The notes under the pieces: model-generated | Databases searched by the model: none | The model's input: only the letters and a program-made list of their open reading frames with translations | What the model was told of the DNA's origin: nothing | Part shown: positions 48,601 through 58,324 of the stretch, one piece after another | Layout: each line of letters opens with the position of its first letter | Numbering within the stretch: position 1 is the stretch's first letter | Position numbers and translations under genes: made by a program | NCBI GenBank assembly: GCA_051294905.1 | Contig: CM119372.1 | Location: 14,696,001 to 14,760,000 of the forward strand | DNA length: 64,000 bases | Direction: 5' to 3' | DNA from: Botryllus schlosseri | Taxonomy: Eukaryota

Positions 48601-51600
48601 GGTAAAAATAGCTCCTTTGACGAAATATATGTACTATTGCTGTTGAACAGACTATTTTGAAGGTTTCAACCATCCCATATCGACATACGTAGGCTATATC
48701 GGCCACCGGGTGGCAATTGTCCACAGGCTCATACAACATGTTTTTTTGTAAAGTATTTACACAATTATGGCATAATTTTACAACTTAAAAAACACAATTT
48801 CCTTTTACATAATTTTTTTTAAAAGGCCTTTTTTAAAAACACCGTTTGTTTTGAATGCATCCCTAGCTACAGCTATCAAGAATAGCATTGGAATAAGACG
48901 TTGTATTTTTGTTCTTGGTGTTTTTGCGGTATATTACACCGACTCATGATATACATACACACGAACTTTGTACAATGTACAATTGTACATGCATGCCATG
49001 AGTGGCTGTTGTGCATATACCGCTGGACAAGGAAGGTGCAGGTATAGCCTTGTAAGGATTTTTAAGTTTTGCACCACCTTTCCATGCTATATGCCGAGCG
49101 CCAAGCGGGGAAGCCATGGGATACCAGTGCGTAAGCCGGTCTTTGGTCTAACCCGGCTGGGGTTGACTCCACCGCCTACCGATCAAGAAGCCGGACTGTC
49201 CACCATTACGCTACGGTATCTTATCGGCTTGTCAAGATGTCACTCCGTCCGCCGGTCACTTCGTTACAGCGATTTCCCGATTTGACCGCGGTATTTCTTG
49301 TTGGCAGACGGTGGATAAAACGGACGTGAAAACGCTGAACGTGTCATGGATGCGGCAGCAAATGGGCATCGTCTCTCAAATGCCTGTGCTTTTCGATCTG
49401 AGCGTGAAGGAGAATATCTTGTAAGTGCCGCGAACGAATGCTAGCTTGCCTTTTGAGATAGCCGGACCGACTTTTGACAAATCGACTTGGCCGTGTGCCA
49501 AGGATATCTACAACTCCCTGACCTTGTATACACCCACTCAGAGGTGGTCAATAATAATGTATAACGCCTACTCTTTCGGAGTACTCAAGTAGGTTGTCAC
49601 TCCTTGTACTATTGTACCGAAGTGGTTATGTAAAGTTTGTAGACTACTTTCATATCTGCTTTTTTCAGGCATAACTGCCTAGTAAGTAGCAGTAGAAAGT
49701 GGTTTTGTGATATGTTTGCATCAGCTTTGTAAGTGTGATTGTGAGAACAACTGGTCGAAGTAGCTAGTGTATCACGGTAACTGAACGTGTTTTCGAAAAT
49801 CGCACGGATTTATATGTGGTGTCATCGGACCGTAAGAAGACTTTGTGCGTCGGTCAGGAAAACGCATCCTGTGATTCCGAAAGAAACCACCCCCGATCAA
49901 TGCCAAACGTATGTGATCACTCTACCAAATTGCAGTTCGCGAAACCGCGTACCTTTCACCCCGTCTACCTCTACTTGAAGTATAGCTTGGGCATGTCCTG
50001 GAAGCCGCTGTTTCGACACAACTGCGGGCTCTCATTGAGTGTGCCTGCTCTTTTTCACTTGTCCTACCAAATTGCCTTCGATAACATCCTCTCTTTTCGC
50101 GGTATCGCAATTCTTGCGGTATTTTGAAATCGGCAAAATGAGATCAGCGCCGTGTTTGATTCTGAACGCGGCGTGTTCACGCGTGTCGACACGCTTCATT
50201 GTATTCACCAATAACAAAACACGGCTCTGCGCTCGAGCTCCGAGATTTGATGACGATAAATCGCGAGTTTAAAGAGACGATCTCGGCGATGATTGACGCG
50301 CGATAACCGGCGCGGATAACGTCACAAATATGGCCTACCAACAACACCCGCAGCTGTGTTTGTTTCAGAATATTGTTGCCTGGTGCATATGGCTGCAGTA
50401 CTTCGTTTTTCAGCTGTCAATCCGACAGTAGGGCTATAGGCCCAATGATTCGAGTCGAGTAGTGAAAGGTGATTATTTCGAGTACTGATCAACGAGAACG
50501 ATAGTTTGATAGTATTTTCCACTGTTGAAGGGTGTAATCCTCGATGGGTCACATCGGAACTTATGAAACATGTAGTACAAAGCTACACACTGTACACACG
50601 TTGGTGGAATTCACACAAATGCGAAATCGCTATCAAACCGCACCATTATCACAAAAGCTGACTCTGCTGAAGAAATGCCTCGCTTGGCATTACCGGATCG
50701 CGATTTGACATATACCTCTATATTTTCATTGCTGGTCCATTTTTTGTTACTTCTCAGTCAGTGTGCAGCAGTGCCTCATAGTATACGATTTATTACTGTA
50801 GTTATTATCAGGTAAGGTTGGTGTTCGATTGATTGACTATTCCAAGACTTCTTCCCGCCTTTTCATTGTATCGCAGTCTTGCTGTGTTTTGAATCCATGA
50901 AAATATTTGCAAACGAAATAATAAACGAGACAAAATTCCACTTATTTATGCCATGCGATTTCCGGTTCCGCGCGACAAATCTTTATCCGTTACGCCCGCG
51001 TGCATAAAGGACACACAAATGCTCCGCAACGCTGTTGACCCTCTGTACTTTGACCCGGATTTAATCCTTACCACGCTGTCTGTTTTTGGGGTATTCATGG
51101 TGTTTGTCGACTGCTATGGTAATTTACGCCGGGCCGATATTCTTCTTATTTTCCAGAACTGCCGACTTATAGCACGGCCCACCTATACCACACTGTAACA
51201 TAACATAACATAACATAACATGGTTGGGTTATATTTTTATCTGAACAAGTCACACACAATGTACAATGCGATAAGACACAATGCGATGTCATGAACAGAT
51301 AGGAGGATGTAGAACGACACGCATCAGTAGCGATCCTTTACTCTAACATCCACCTCGGCCTAGAGTGCCCGATGTCACAGTTCTTTTTCGATGTTGATCT
51401 CTTTGAAGCCGCGGCCCTTTCTACTAGTTCTTATCCATTCATTGTGAGTGCTTTCTTTCGTCGGGTCTTTTTCTGGGCTTTTTTGTCGCCGTAAGAACGG
51501 CAACGGCAGGGGAAGAGGAGCCCAGACAAACCTCCGACGGGAATCGAACGCCGTTAGCCTGCGTGCTGGGCGCTTATCGTAACCACTACACTATCTCCTG

Positions 51601-54600
51601 TAAATCTATAAGTAGTGAAGATTCTCTTCATATAAGGTGGTTCACGCTTTCCGCCCTATATGGCGGAATGCCAATAATCCCTCAAATATGGTGTAAATCC
51701 TTACCCCCTAACTTTTAGGCAGAGACGAGCATGGATTAGGATTAGGTTTTAAAAAAACAGGATTTGCAAAATTTTGTCGGATTTGGATTGGATTTGGATT
51801 AGACATTTTTTTCAGAGCGGATTAGGATTTGGATTGGATTTACCTATTTTCTAGGAGATTGAAATGTCGTGTGGCGAAAACTTTATTCAGATCAGTTATT
51901 AACGTACTTATGGTTACTAAGTTATCTTGAATCAAGTGAATCGTTGGTTGTGAAAGAAAATTTTCGAATCCCTCCCTTGCATACATTGGTATTTTTTCTG
52001 AATTTTCAGTTGGAATCGGATTAGGATTGGACATGGACTTGAATATGAAAAAGTTGTGGCTTAGGATTTGGATTTGGATTTGAAGGTTCGGATTTGGATT
52101 GGATTAGGACATAGAAATTTCAAATCCGCTCATCTCTGCTTTAAGGCCTCGGCTGCCTTATATGGCCGCCTTATGCACTGCAGTATATAGGGGATAACGC
52201 GAATACTTCTAAAACGTACAGAAATACTTCTCAATGCTAGTTATTATTACTTTCAAGACAAGGCAGAAATCGTGACTGTGCCGTGTTCTATACTTTGGCA
52301 GACTCGGCGATAAATCCGTGGACCACACGGAAGATGACGTGATAAGGGCCGCCAAAGAAGCAAACATCCACGAGTTTGTGATGTCTCTACCGGACGTAAG
52401 TGGCTACCTCATCATAACCGTAATTATCTTCATCATAATGCGTCCAACATTGAAGGGATACAACACGAAGGCCGGCAGGAAAGGAGGTCAACTGTCCGGG
52501 GGTCAAAAGCAAAGAATTGCTATCGCCAGAGCCTTGCTGCGTAGACCAAAAATATTATTATTGGACGAAGCAACATCCGCGCTAGATACAGAAAGCGAAA
52601 AGGTAAACATTTGCTGTACGTGATAGCAGACCTGGACAACTAGAAAATTTCCAATTAGACTAGAATTAGAGTTATAGCTACACAGTTTTTTTTTCAAATT
52701 GGATTCGAATTTGAATCACTGTATTTTCAAAAACTTGAAAATCGAACTGAATTTCAAATTACAAAGAGTTACAACAAAAATCAGGTAAAGTTCGCAACAA
52801 CGTCAGAGTTCATCCTGATGAGCATGGGAATGGCAAATGTCTGTTGTACACTAAGCTTGGGTCGTTTCGCACCAAATAGTTCTACTGTAGTATTTTCAGG
52901 AAAACCAGAAGAACTAGAAGTAGAACTAAAATTAAAGCATGGAAACAATTCTCAAATTCAATTGCCGGCATTTCTCTAGAATTAATCTGATTTGACAACT
53001 ACAATTACGTAGTCGGCTTATTAGTGCCTATGCATTGAGGCTCATTGTGATGCAATCCTCGCTGTTTTTTAGATTGTTCAAGAAGCGCTCGACAAAGCGC
53101 GAGAGGGCCGAACCAGCATTATCATCGCGCATCGATTGTCCACTGTTAAAAACGCGGACATCATCGCAGTCGTAGACAACGGAACAGTCGTGGAGACGGG
53201 CACGCACGACGAACTTCTCAAGAAACGTGCCGCGTATTACAGGTATATATCTCTTGCAATTGCGTGTATGCCACACTCTTCATAATGCACGATTGAATTC
53301 GCGACATCTGCGCTTCACAGCGCACCGTACACTACAGTACAGGCTTCGTAAAGCTTATCGCGCAGTGGTTTTGTTGTTGGTAATTACGATGACGAAGCGG
53401 AAATTCTCTATCCAATTTGCGAGTTTCGTTGAAATCATCCAAACCGCAATTCGAATGGCCGGTATTAGAGCTCCTTAATTAGTACGCTACCTTCTGAAAG
53501 CTCGTTTATTGGCACCGTTCACTCGCGATGCGATTTCTCATATTTAACGGTGGATTGGCCGCGTCTTTGTCGATTGTATAACGTTTCACGACTTCCCGTA
53601 CCCATCTTGACAATCAAAAGTTTTTTTTCGAGTAATTTGACCGTTCATCGCCCACTAGCGGTTGAAGTATGTTGGTTGTTCACCGCATTCGGGGATGTTT
53701 TAGAGCCATTATCATTATCTCTCTAGCTATCTCCGTTTCAAAATACCACTATGGATGTCGCGTGTCGTGTATTGGTTCTGTCATGTCTCTTCAATAACTG
53801 CAACATAAATCCAAGACAAATTGACAGACAGAAATCGGTTCGAGCACTCCGTGATTATGACTCATTCAAAATCTACAAGAACGATTAGGCACCTGATTTC
53901 CCAACTTAATTCCTGGTTTTATAACTTCTGCAAGGAGCAGGAAGGCCGATTAATTTCCCGTACTGATGATAATCAAAATAGACTTCTGGTTTCAACTTCC
54001 CAAGCCGGCGCACTGGTGCTGGTTGCGGCGAGTGATAATTCAATTCGGATGTCACAAATTTCGCTCGCCTTGCTATAAATTTATATTTCTATGTATTTAA
54101 ATGTGGATTTTCACCGTGATCGGCCGTCCCGAATCCTTTGCTTGGCTCGCCCCAAAACCAGAACCCGAAATGTGATTATCGTCCTCAAATTGTTGGGCGA
54201 AGCTCGCATCAGCTGTGCTCGATGATGGGTACAACAAGCAAAATGAAATGACGTCACATAAATCCATTGTTCAAAAGAATGACATGGTAATTCCAACATA
54301 CTTGTACGCACAAACAACCGGGCTTTCAAATTGTGCAACTAGAACTACTCACTTTTATAAATCTGCAACTAACTAAATAACTAAAACACATTTAACTATA
54401 TAGATTCGATTCCGAATCATTCGACCCAAAAAAAAACCCGGCCCCTGGCTAGTGGCTACGTCACTTGTCAATCGTGATGACTCCCAGCTAGCAATAACTT
54501 CACAACTATATATTTTTATTTGAAATGCGCAACTGGAACTACTCTCTTTTCAAAATCTGGAACTATGATTACTTAAAACATAAGTAAATCGACCGCCAAC

Positions 54601-54819
54601 TAACTAGATTGGTAGTTTATAAAAATATGAATGTCAAAGGCGACAATTTTCAGGGGATATTCGCGCCTTTCCCCCTGGTTAAGCCACCGGACACAAGTTT
54701 TACTGTCTGCAAGTCTGATCCGACCAGGGGCTGAAACTAGCCGTCGCTGTATTTATATTTATGCGTTATCTCGCATTTCATTCAGCCTCGTCAACGCACA
54801 GCTCACCCACGACGAGTGA
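15607..54819 (+). CDS. ABCB1: ABCB1/MDR1-like full ABC transporter, paralog B (complete, 27 coding exons, 1303 aa)
   Basis: Exons: 15607-15638, 15695-15818, 15887-16086, 19172-19312, 19376-19480, 27049-27220, 27915-28039, 30726-30945, 33031-33213, 34354-34470, 35658-35870, 36821-37001, 38992-39189, 40491-40600, 42346-42436, 42504-42682, 44045-44255, 44322-44471, 45308-45413, 45761-45901, 47376-47532, 47612-47809, 49308-49420, 52302-52395, 52456-52602, 53073-53242, 54786-54819. Lengths sum to 3912 nt (1304 codons including stop), all GT-AG, with TMD1-NBD1-linker-TMD2-NBD2 order. Motifs include [42 protein letters not shown], two GQSGCGKST, and [10 protein letters not shown]. The first exon ([10 protein letters not shown]) is the least certain. 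Confidence 0.93.
16335..18306. mobile_element. hAT MITE (GTGAAC/GGTTC family), outer copy
   Basis: TIRs TAGGCATGGTGTG / CACACCATCCATA; perfect TSD attagggt (16327-16334 and 18307-18314). Confidence 0.88.
16502..17485. mobile_element. hAT MITE (GTGAAC/GGTTC family), inner copy, 984 bp
   Basis: Perfect TIRs TAGGGATGGTGTGAAC / GTTCACACCATCCCTA; perfect TSD ctagcgac; collinear with the outer copy. Confidence 0.93.
22330..22530. repeat. ~140-bp tandem repeat unit (also 26621-26820 and a partial unit at 21750-21830)
   Basis: Recurring GCGATAGTGAACTCRTGACAAGGTCTACAAATG and TGTGATRGTT...CCGAAGGCATT...ACAATATCTTGGGT at ~140-bp spacing. Confidence 0.7.
22790..22977. repeat. Interspersed repeat fragment (inverted copy at ~56630-56810)
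   Basis: Shared core AACTGTCTGTCCTTACGAAGTAGTTTGG and flanking similarity to the reverse complement of 56630-56810. Confidence 0.75.
22972..26370 (-). CDS. Ty3/Gypsy single-ORF gag-pol polyprotein (1132 aa, C-terminus probably truncated)
   Basis: Gag with zinc knuckle [14 protein letters not shown]; protease LLDSGS; RT ([21 protein letters not shown]); RNase H (ECDASN, EKEAAAI, TDQKAL); integrase (H..GHPG..C..C, MDFKGP, SDRGSSF, GNSQCER). The PR-RT-RH-IN order is diagnostic of Ty3/Gypsy. Confidence 0.95.
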   Translation of the reverse strand: MSGEKYIKVPTLDVLPDSADSVKIFSHWERMLKSLIEAITAPSTDVNKLAILSGYLSPEVFSFIEEIDNYDAAITELQSLYKKKKNEVYARHLLATATQEVGVNVSEFSRKLMALSKDCNFLAVNARKHKEEAVRDAFITGLRSPAIRQRLLECDELTMQKAFQTADTLERAQLFASSYNVTTPSSDTVASTEIAAVRQRDQEHGTDSSAAVEKPGAPRLLRKCIFCGGSHVADKRYCPAKDVECLKCGKKGHFAKVCRSPRSYDIRATASMLLAGVPNCLWRASCTAKINQLLVGVLLDSGSFENYMDELLATKLGFLPQGQPTTISLASKTATAEVSGTFTISFEMLSRNYVGITFGVVKDLCADVILGHDFMKHRKVIFEFDGNEEPLTIQSRSCALSPAKAEPLQLFRFLDSNCKPIATPSRNYSREDQSFIKDEVDRLLEEGIIEPSRSPWRAQVLVTKDSRHKRRLVIDYSQTINRYTPLDAYPLPKIETIVNEVSKGKVYSTIDLKSAYHQVTLSSSDKPFTAFEACGSLYQFCRLPFGITNGVAAFQRFIDSFIDDHSLKGTLAYLDNITIFGKDAAEHDERLQAFLKAASDCRLTLNEEKSVYTVGELRLLGHLVSHGSFKPDPDHLKPLIELPPPKSDKEMKRILGMFAYYSKWIPSFSDKIKPMLSNSVFPLSGPALTSFNVLKEDLIKSSLCYIDESEPFEIECDASNNAIAAILSQRGRPVAFASRTFSKSELNYPAVEKEAAAIMHAIRKWGYLLHGRKFRLITDQKALSFIFQKKHRSKIKNTKLTLWKLELSVFEYEIVHRPGVENIAPDTISRICSLTALSTDLRELHNILGHPGIRRLGHFVKSKNLPYSMEDVKKVCGNCRQCSELKPRFFNNNEHHKLVRATRPWERISMDFKGPVAGRNRFLLIVVDEYSRFPFVFPCRDMSTPTVMRNLKTLFSLVGVPEYIHSDRGSSFISRDLITFLTKRGVATSRSTPYHPTGNSQCERVNQTIWRTIKLILATERLPESAWEMVLNDALHSVRSLLCTATNVTPHERFFGFPRRSMIGPSIPDWLLFADSVLLRRFHRSSKSEPLCDPVELLDVNPKYALIRHEDGRESTVSVRDLAPNPTIDVEK
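22978..26619 (-). mobile_element. Ty3/Gypsy LTR retrotransposon, 3'-truncated, antisense in intron 5 of paralog B
   Basis: gag-pol ORF plus upstream candidate LTR. No polypurine tract or 3' LTR is visible; the sequence switches at ~22977 to an unrelated repeat that also occurs inverted at ~56630-56810. Confidence 0.88.
26423..26619 (-). repeat. Candidate 5' LTR (~197 bp)
   Basis: Minus strand begins TGTGGTG and ends TACGACA (TG...CA with imperfect terminal inversion). Contains an (ACTGTT)n run and AGTAAA. A different repeat resumes at ~26621. No second LTR is present to confirm the boundaries. Confidence 0.65.
27630..27895. mobile_element. Short foldback MITE (ATATTCATATTGAAATAAACCC family)
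   Basis: Inverted arms ATATTCATATTGAAATAAACCCGAA / TTTGGGTTTATTTCTATATGAATAT; relatives at 41062-42210 (interrupted), ~3050-3112 and ~38100-38150. Confidence 0.65.
28522..29139. mobile_element. 618-bp near-perfect foldback (palindromic) MITE
   Basis: Arms of ~300 bp beginning TAGGGCTGTTCAAAAAT, loop near 28826-28834, perfect TSD atgtacac. Degenerate relative ends at 7935. Confidence 0.95.
32035..32518. mobile_element. hAT MITE with TGCAACTTTT repeats
   Basis: TIRs TAGGGCAAGTTTTTG / CAAAAACCTGCCCTA; TSD gttatcac/gatatcac. Confidence 0.85.
34768..34869 (+). mobile_element. Extremely 5'-truncated LINE copy (3' UTR only) with (AT)n tail
   Basis: Matches 56311-56412 (AAAACTGATTATCTTGATGTT...TTTGTTTCCTGTTTTCTTTTGCC); flanked by tatacttcat direct repeats. 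Confidence 0.8.
37140..38015 (-). mobile_element. Partial inverted copy of the 2-kb GTAATC hAT element
   Basis: Ends CCCCATGTCTG, carries (GATTAC)n arrays, and its interior is the reverse complement of ~59211-60080. Confidence 0.85.
39281..40019. mobile_element. pogo/Tigger-like (Tc1/mariner superfamily) MITE
   Basis: 25-bp TIRs CAGTCGACTTCACTTAATTCGGACA / TGTCCGAATTAAGCGGGGTCGACTG (3 mismatches), TA on both flanks. Confidence 0.85.
41148..42136. mobile_element. hAT MITE (GGTTACCATA / GAGGAC family) with nested insertion
   Basis: Ends GGTTACCATAT ... ATATGGTAACCCCA; TSD cgtaaggg on both sides; reverse-complement homolog of 18309-18660. Confidence 0.8.
41351..41888. mobile_element. hAT MITE (TAGGGTTGCATTTAAAAC family)
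   Basis: TIRs TAGGGTTGGATTTAAAAC / GTTTTAAATGCAACTATA, TTTAAAAC repeats, homologous to three other copies in the window. Confidence 0.82.
42915..43871. mobile_element. hAT Charlie/Buster-type MITE with an internal AGAATT-rich insertion
   Basis: Eroded TIRs CTGTGGTTGTCAAC / GTTGAGAACCAATG; perfect TSD ttttagac. The AGAATT-rich block at ~43290-43450 resembles ~52635-53000. Confidence 0.72.
48446..48865. mobile_element. hAT MITE (TAGGGTTGCATTTAAAAC family)
   Basis: TIRs TAGAGTTGCATT / AATGCATCCCTA; perfect TSD gctacagc. Confidence 0.88.
48988..49228 (-). mobile_element. tRNA-derived SINE (same family as 9494-9765)
   Basis: Reverse complement aligns along the head and body of the 9494 copy; A box intact, B box decayed. 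Confidence 0.85.
51487..51600 (-). mobile_element. Second tRNA-derived SINE family (head region)
   Basis: Minus strand has A box TAGTGTAGTGG and B box GTTCGATTCCC, then a body also seen at ~43095-43125 (GAGGAGCCYAGAYAAACCTCC). Confidence 0.6.
51720..52138. mobile_element. hAT MITE with GGATT(T/A) repeats
   Basis: TIRs CAGAGACGAGC / GCTCATCTCTG; TSD cttttagg/ctttaagg. Confidence 0.82.
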
Positions 54820-55227
54820 GGGCGCTCCGATGTTGCCTGATATTCGTCGCATCCAACAGTATTTCCGATACACCTCGCCTGCGCTTTACGTCGACTATGT
54901 TATTCAAGTGGGATGTAGGATGAGATGCCTACGCCGACGAAGCTTTTTTGCGAGTTTCGCTGAGATTAATTCATATGTTTTATATTTTTGGATATGAGTT
55001 CTTATGTGAGTTGTTATAGAAAATTATACTTGACTCGTTATCACCCACTGCTTGTGCTATCGCGATCATCGGGCTCATAAGGACTGCTAGACTTATCTGT
55101 TTATGTCTCTACTACGCACTAAAATCGTTAATACTCATGTTATGACAGATCAGGGCGTATTTATTGACTTGTCGCTAATTTTTTTCACAGCTTATGAATG
55201 AAATTGATCAATAATGTTGGTCGTGAC

Positions 55228-55705
55228 TAGGGCTGGGCAAAATCGAGTACCTGAGTGATTCGATTCTGAATCACGTAAAATGCTTCGAGTCGAGTCGAGT
55301 AATCGAGTGTCACTCATTATGACGTCTTAGCAGAATATTATTTGTCAAAGTTCAAATATGTACCTTTTAAGCAACCACAAAGAATATAATGCCTGTTATC
55401 CATCATATTAAGGATACTTTGTTATTTTTTTTCGACCATACCGATTTCATTGCACTTGGTGACAATATTGTGGGATGATCATCACTTCGGAAATGTGCTA
55501 TTTCCAGTAACGTTCGTAGCATTGTACTTCATGTTTCGTATGCTACGATACGGCCAATCAAGATTTCAAGGCTTCAACAGTGAAATTAGCATAAACTCGT
55601 TGATCGTTGATAAACTCCTCGATGATAAATCAACTTTTAGTGGTGAGGAGCGTATAATTTCAGTACTCGAAAAAATCGTATTTTACTACTCGACTCGATT
55701 CGACT
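55228..55705. mobile_element. hAT MITE (TAGGGCTGGGCA family), one end missing
   Basis: Reverse complement of ~12570-13015; begins TAGGGCTGGGCAAAATCGAGTAC. Confidence 0.85.
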
Positions 55706-55999
55706 TTATCTAGGTTCCTTCTCGTTATCTGATCTGTATGAGCGGTGTCTTACAAAAAGTTTGGAGCTAAAGTGGACCGCACTTATAAGTTGGTATCTCA
55801 GGAATCATAATAAGTAGGGCGATTCTTTTTTTACATGTCAAAAAAAAGTAAAATTTTGTCAAAATTGCAGCGTTTGAAAAAAATGTCAAAACTGTTTACA
55901 AAGTCAAAAATTGTTTGCAACCAGCATTTCGCTTGTATCGTAGATGTTTGTACTGTCGGTGAACTTAACAGTCGACATTTTACAACTCGTAGCCTACTT

Positions 56000-56412
56000 A
56001 GCCTACGACGCACTCCTCCGCTATGCACTCGGCATTCACCATCCGGAGCATATATCCACGAATGCATTGCGAGAGCTCACAGGAACGGTCCCATGCCGTC
56101 TACTGGCAGCTGAACGACGCTTCCGCCTAATCGGGCATCTAGTGCGGCACCAAGACGAGCAACCAGCCGCCGCCATCATCAATCACATTCCGACGGAGCC
56201 ATGGCGCAGAGGTGGCTGGAATCGGAAAACATGGCGCTCGACAATGGAGACTGACCTAGCGCAACGCGGGCTGTCGCTTGAAGACGCCCACGACCGCCTA
56301 CGTTGGAGACGCTTAATACGAGCCTAAAACTGATTATCTTGATGTTTTTTTTGTTTCCTGTTTTCTTTTGCCCTTTTCATTTTACTCTAATTGAAAAGTC
56401 GATATATATATA
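56000..56412 (+). mobile_element. 5'-truncated non-LTR retrotransposon (RTE-like ORF2 C-terminus, 3' UTR, (AT)n tail)
   Basis: Peptide HISTNALRELTG...RRFRLIGHLVR...RKTWRSTMETDL...AHDRLRWRRLI resembles RTE-group ORF2 C-termini; TSD tagcctactt (55990-55999 and 56413-56422). Confidence 0.85.
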
Positions 56413-58324
56413 TAGCCTACTTGATAGGCCTACCGTTAGGGACGACTCATTATCTGCTCATTGTGAATCACAAACGGTTGAATGAAACAAATAGGTTGAC
56501 ATGGTGCTATATACTTAAAGTACCGCAGTATCCTAACTGAAGCAAGACTTCGTGGGCATTGATTCTTATATCAAGAAGGGCATGATCAAAAATTGTCAAC
56601 TTTTTTCCGTGTAAAAATCTGTTTTAAGTCAAAAAAGTTTTTTTTATACCAAACTACTTCGTAAGGACAGACAGTTTCAACCAGAAATAAAGATAAGAAA
56701 TACAATTCTAACAATATATGCGAAAACACCCAATTTACATACATGAGGACAGAATTCTGCCAAAATTAACTTTTCTATGGTCAAAAAATGTCAAAATTTT
56801 GATCTTTTAGGTTCACATCTTTCGTTTTTTTGGGTAAAAAAATCCCATAATAATAAGCAATATCGGTGTGGTGTAAAATGACCATACATGTCGAAGATTT
56901 GGCAAGATTATGACTGAAAAAGAATAACAGATAAGTCATCAACCTGCGTCGTGTCATTGTTTAGACCGCGGTTCTGATGGGGTTAACTAGACACAATGTC
57001 AACATCTGAGGCAAAACCTAAACATTGCGGCCCAATTCTCCGAGTGATGACCTTTTGTTTAGTCATCTCATTCCCACATGCTACGTTATGTGCTCGAGCT
57101 AGGGTACCGTCTCCATTGACTATTGTCTAATCACGGAATTAGCGCGAGCTATAGCGTCCGGTTAAGCCGGCATATTTCAAGAGTATTTTCACTTACAGCG
57201 TTTGTGTTCGATTTTAACAAAAAGCAAACAAGCACTCATGGTGAACTCATATGTAGATGCTATTTGCCTGCAAAATGAACGCTGCATACCGATTGATCTC
57301 TGCTAACGACCGAAAGCGAAACTCTAGATGTCAATAAAGACTAACGTGTGAATAGTGTGATGCGGAATATTCGCGATGTAAGTATGAATAAACAGTAAAC
57401 ACCACGTAGCATGTTGCCAACAATAAGGATACAGGTTACGAGTAGCGTGTTGTAGTTGCAGCACCCCAAAAAGCCCCCTCCGGCGGCAACCTCGGAAGGA
57501 CTCATAGCTTCCTCGTAAATCGATATAAAATAAGGTATTTGGGGGCTGATTTATTGGATTTGAAATATTTACTTCTATTTAATTCCCGTTCCACTAGCGG
57601 GAGACAGGGGCCATTACGTATCCATCAAGGATATCTAGAAGTACTTTGTCGCGAGTTGCGGTCTCAGTCGCAGTAGAAAATAAGCATTCGCTCTTATTTC
57701 GACGGCGCTATTGCAATCTTTTCTAATCGTTCAACTTCCTAATGAAACATGCCCGACTGCCCGTGTACCAGATGCGTAATTTATTTTGGGGTAGGCTACG
57801 CTGTGAAGGCTCTGCGGGATTGAGGCAGTGGGCTGTATGGTAGGCTATTCAACATGCCCAGAAAACGAATGATTCAACCTCAAGCTGATAACTTAAAGTT
57901 GAAAGAATGAAATAAAGATGTATTTGATAATTAGATTACATTATTGTATGTTCACAGTACAAGACGAATAAGAGAGAACATGACCGCTAGCCCGCCAACG
58001 CCACTGATATGCTTGACATTACGGAAAGACCGGTAGGCCAAGAAGAGTAGGCCTATATAGTTAATTATAGAGATATCTGATTGATGGACTTTGTCAGGGC
58101 GTCTCAACTATTAGCCACCTTCTTATTTATATTCTTTGTATCTTGGGAGATGTATATTATGAATCTGCGTCTTGAGTTGAAGTAATAAACTTGAGTTTTC
58201 AAATTTGAAAATATCTTACTCCCATTATGGTATATTCGTTGCCAAGTTTGGAGCATCAGCAAAATGCTGTCAGTACAAATAGTACACATATATGTAGGAA
58301 GTATCTTGATGTGTTATTCTATAG

